40,481 nucleotides of DNA, taken from positions 1 through 40,481 of the forward strand of contig SNRW01000023.1 of NCBI GenBank assembly GCA_008636045.1. The letters are read 5' to 3'. This DNA is from Streblomastix strix. Its lineage: Eukaryota. The notes beneath the pieces are model-generated. The model was not told where the DNA came from and ran no database searches. It worked only from the letters and a program-made list of their open reading frames with translations. The position numbers were made by a program, and so were the translations under genes. Each line of letters starts with the position of its first letter. The stretch's first letter is position 1. Of the stretch, positions 36,001 to 40,481 are shown piece by piece.

Positions 36001-39000
36001 TGATATGATTAAAATATATCTTATTATTGAGATTATGTTGATGGTAAAGAAATAGTTGGTTTATTATTAATTAAATTTTAAAAATTTAAATTTGGAATTG
36101 AAGAATTCATATTTAATGGGAAAGATTACTATGGCGATGACAAATAGTTAGAAGATTGAGAATTAAGTTATTATTGTAATAATGGTTAATTTAAGGAAGC
36201 AAGAATACTAGGGAAAATAATCTATGCTTAATTTGTAGGCTATTGTGATTGAATTTATTCCTATTATAATTGTTGTTGATTTTATTATTAAGGATTCAAA
36301 TATTAAATATCCAATAGGTTGTTATTATTCTTCAATAAATATTCTAAGTTTTATATATTATTTTATTAATTTTGATTTGGGTCATTAAGTTCAGATTAAC
36401 TTAATGCCTAATCTAATTAAATGTTTGTATCTGAATCATCAACATTTTCACTTTCATAATCAATATGCTTCTTTTTCTTAACAATCTTCTTTAATTTCTT
36501 TTTCCATTTCTTATCACTTTCTTCTATTTCATCTTAGTCACTTTAAAGCGAATATTCATCATCTTCTGGATTATATCCCACTTAATCTAATTCATCTTTC
36601 TTCATTTATTCAATTTCTTTTGACGCATTTTATTAGTATTATTGTTTTTCTTCATCTGCGTCTCTTGCTGGAAGTACAACAATTGGTTGAAACTAATTTT
36701 TATGGTCTTCATCCTAATCTTGTTGAATATCTGGAATTATATCCATTTATTTCTAATCTATTTCTTACATGTTTTATTTTAAATCTTGTTAATTCGTGTT
36801 TATTGTTTGTTTATATTTTGTTTAGTGTTTAATAAGTTGTAATTTTGATTAACTCATCAGTTTAGTCATTGATAAAATATTTCTCGAACCTGCAGTTTAT
36901 TTTTTAATAGATAACTTTGTTGATATTTATCTCATCATTAAATCTTCTCCATTTGTCCCATCTGTATTATTTGTATCCAAATTTCCATTTGTCATTATAC
37001 CTTCTAATCTAAATATTGCCGCTTAGAATTTATTCTTATTAACATCTAAAAGTTATTTGAAACTTGATTTGTATGAATTTCTTACATTTATAATATAATA
37101 CGTGTATGTAATGAGAAGGAATATAGTAAATATTGCAATACTACCTCCAAGTGCAGAAAAGAAAGAAATTAGTATTTAGAGTGTTATATTATATGTTACT
37201 TACCAATATTCAACCATAGATCTTTTACATGCTGAAAGTATAGGAGACATTCCATTAAATATTGTATAAGCAACATTTGAATGGTAAGTTCTATTATCAT
37301 GCGGATTCTACATCATAGATAATTGCCTAGCCATTTGAGATAGCAAAGACAAAGATCTAAGTAAATTACTTTCTATATGATGCTATGAAATGATTTTACC
37401 TTCTGAAGATTGCAATCCTTCTTCAATTAATTCAGATTCCAATTCTGTTGAATTAGTTTACAATATTTCTCCTTAAATACCAAATACATATGTTGGAACG
37501 TTCATTATTTCCCAGGCATATGATAATTCAGTTAATTTATATATATTAGCAACAATATACTCAAGAATTTCAGAATGCATTAAAAGTCTTCCTTTAATAT
37601 CATCCAACATTAGTAATAAATTTGCTTTGCCATCCTCATTTGGAGTAAAATTGAAATTATAATAATATTCATGAGCCAATACTTATAGATTTAATGATGA
37701 TAATCTAGTGACTGATATTGCCGCATCACATACTCTATTTAAATTTGTAATTCTACTCTTATAATCTCCAGATTAAACTGAGTATAAAACAAGTCCAACA
37801 ACAATTGAAGCAATTAACATTACATGTCCAAAGAATATCAATACTAATGTCTTTACTTTTAGTACTTATATACTAACACTACCAAAGCTGGAGTCATCAG
37901 AGTTATCATTCTAAATAAGTTATTTGACTTTTGAATGAGTATCTTTCCCTTTCTTTTCACCATCAAAAGCTGCATCTTAAATTGCAATTTAAGCGAATTT
38001 CAACATAGATTTTCTTCCTTTTATATTCTCATTCTTAATTAAATTAGAAGAATTTTACCTAAATTATAAGGTTTCTTTTTTTGTTTTCGAACTTTATTTC
38101 ACTTTATTATTTCTGGCGGACCTTTACTTATATTTGGATTTACGGTGATATTTTTATCTCTTCTATTATTTTGATCTTTAAGTTGAATCTTAGTTGTCAG
38201 TATCATATGAATCAACAGTCTCACTGTCATAATCATTTGTATTTTAGGCTATTGTTGTTTTGCGATTTGAGATATTACCTCCTTATTTAGATGAATTAAT
38301 AGAGTTTCGTTTATGCTTATGTTTTGTTACATTCTTTTTTGTTCCATTCTCAATATCAATCTGATCAGCTTTGGAAAGAGCAAAGTTTGCAGTATTTTCA
38401 TCACAAAATATGTCAATAAGAAGTTGGGCATATCCACGAATAGGAGCAGAATTATTTGGAAATTCGCGCATCATATTCATATATAATTTTATTGCTTATC
38501 TTTAATGTTAAACCACATCATGAAGGCATTTCTTAATTGAAATATAGTTGGGATTATATTTCATAGCTGCTTCATACATACTAGCTAAAGCTAACTTTGC
38601 AGCTTTATGTTCTTTTGTTGCATCATCCATTTTCATAGCAAGTATATTAAAAGCTCCTCTTCCACTTCCATAGTTTAATCCTTCTTAATTATTCTGAGCA
38701 GATCCATCTTTATTGTTATTTGCCATGTCTTATGATCTCATTAATGAATATAATATGAATTTAAGACCTGGAGATGGATGTAATATAACCGCATTATTAT
38801 AAATAGTTGATGCTGCTTTTTAATTCTTAATATAATATTTCAAGTAGTTCCCTTAATCAAATAATAATTGTGGACTTCGAATGAATTTATTCTACATCAC
38901 AGAGAAGACTTCCATTGAAAACCGTTTAAATTCCTCAGTTCACATCTCTGATTTCTGGAGGAATCGCATCATGGGTTCAACTCTATCAGGATTTTTAACC

Positions 39001-40181
39001 TTAGGAAGAAGATGAATCAGTTAATTGATATTATCACCATATAATTGAGATGGAATTATATTAGGGTTGTTTAATAGTAATTTCTTTTTTCTTTGCTTTT
39101 TCAACAATTAAAATATCCAACAGCATAAAACTATACCAAATAAGAATCCTACAACAATAAATATAATTTACGGAATAAATGAGGAAGAAATATCTTCTAT
39201 TGAATAAGCAATTTCATCAAAGAATCGAATTGATCCAAATATAGTCCATGGAATAATTCGTAAAAAGTTAGATCTTAAGTAATAGAATGGTTATATATAT
39301 AAAATATATGCTACTATACATAGTGAAGTACCTACTGTCACTAATCCTCTCCAGAAAGGCCAAGCAATAAGTAATCTCATTGCAAATACATTACCAAATT
39401 TTAATATCGCTTCTAATGAGGGAAAAAGACCAGAAGATGAAGTGAAAAGACCCCCATTTTTAGGATTGTAATCATAAACTATTAAGTTTATAATAGATGA
39501 AAATATAAGAAGAATAATAAGGAATAATATAGCAATGAATATTCCGAGTGTTTGAATAGTATCTCCGCTAAAACATGGCGTATTCTGAGTTGATCTAAAT
39601 ATATTATTAATCTTTATATTTCCTTCAGTATCAATTTATTCTTCCTCAAGATAACAATCAAATGCTGTAATTGGAATAGTTACTATTGGAATATAACAAA
39701 CAGTGAGCATGAGATTAACTATTGTACGCAATAGAGAGATTATCCAAGGTTATTTATATATGATAAATTTAAATAGAATTGCACTTATTATTAAATATAC
39801 TATTATTCCAAATTCTATAATTAACATTGCAAGAATTAAATATGTTATATTACGACCGAGGATGAAACTTTCAGAAGTACCTTCAAAGAAATTTATAATC
39901 TGAAGAGATGATGTAGTATAATATAACAAAAAATAATAATAATAAAAATAAAATACATATGATGGACCAGATTGTTATTAAGTTCCTAAATCAATCCTAA
40001 AAAATGAAATTGTTAGAAGCTACATGAATTGTATAGCCCAAAGCACTGATTAATATGACAGACTTGGATGTTTCACTTAATCAAACAGCGGATATCCAAG
40101 CATAAAGAGATTTTTCTCAAATTTTGAGAAAGCATCAATTCCATCAACTTCTGTTTCAGCTTATTGATCATCTTTTTCCAT
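33011..40181 (-). CDS. Large multi-pass membrane protein, TmcB (tiny macrocysts protein B)-like, with C-terminal hemerythrin-like region; several introns
   Basis: N-terminal hydrophobic helices with FDC, NPKNGG and QPFYY, then a helical region (MMREFPNNSAPIRGYAQLLIDIF), further TM blocks and Gln-rich linkers. TGA at 33011-33013. A single-gene model is assumed. Confidence 0.72.
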
Positions 40182-40481
40182 TGATCTACTTCTTAATTTA
40201 TTAATTAAAAATATTAAATATGAAATTGTATTAATTAAGTAAAATCATTTCATTATAATTAAAAAAAAATAAAAATAAAAGTTGTAAAATGAAAAAAGGT
40301 ATAATTATTATGTTCAAACATTAAAAACTTTAATTGTATATTAAAATATTATTAAAAAACGAATTTAAATACCAAATGATTATTTTAATGATAATTCGCT
40401 TTCATTTACGCACGTTATGTTTATTTTTGATTTTTAATTTTATTTTGAGAAAAACAAGTCATTAGTTTGAAAAAAAATGAT

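Noticed and set aside
1..40481. Bacterial or phage origin with stop-codon recoding
   Set aside because: Spliceosomal GT-AG introns, an Arf GTPase and a eukaryotic kinase fold indicate a eukaryotic nuclear locus.

Overview
AT-rich eukaryotic (protist) genomic DNA using a non-standard nuclear code: TAA/TAG = Gln and only TGA = stop. The supplied standard-code ORF track is therefore mostly fragments or wrong-frame artefacts. Code, short GT-AG introns and gene types resemble an oxymonad such as Streblomastix (inference). The left ~21 kb holds endogenous Polinton/Maverick-like viral DNA. It begins with the tail of one element (pPolB C-terminus plus integrase fragment, 1-2075). A near-complete but decayed element follows (~2.9-20.6 kb). 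It encodes an intact putative major capsid protein, an A32-like packaging ATPase split by a MITE, a pPolB with vOTU-like and HNH-like inserts, an rve integrase, KilA-N, a putative fibre-like protein and an amphipathic protein. An older capsid relic lies at ~23.1-23.6 kb. The most unusual signal is one ~100-bp repeat family present six times in alternating orientation, forming three inverted pairs that each bracket a viral gene module. The right part holds host genes: an Arf-family GTPase, an intron-rich pseudokinase and a TmcB-like membrane protein with a split, degenerate hemerythrin-like domain. All calls come from manual translation and motif recognition; no searches were run, and pseudogene boundaries are approximate.
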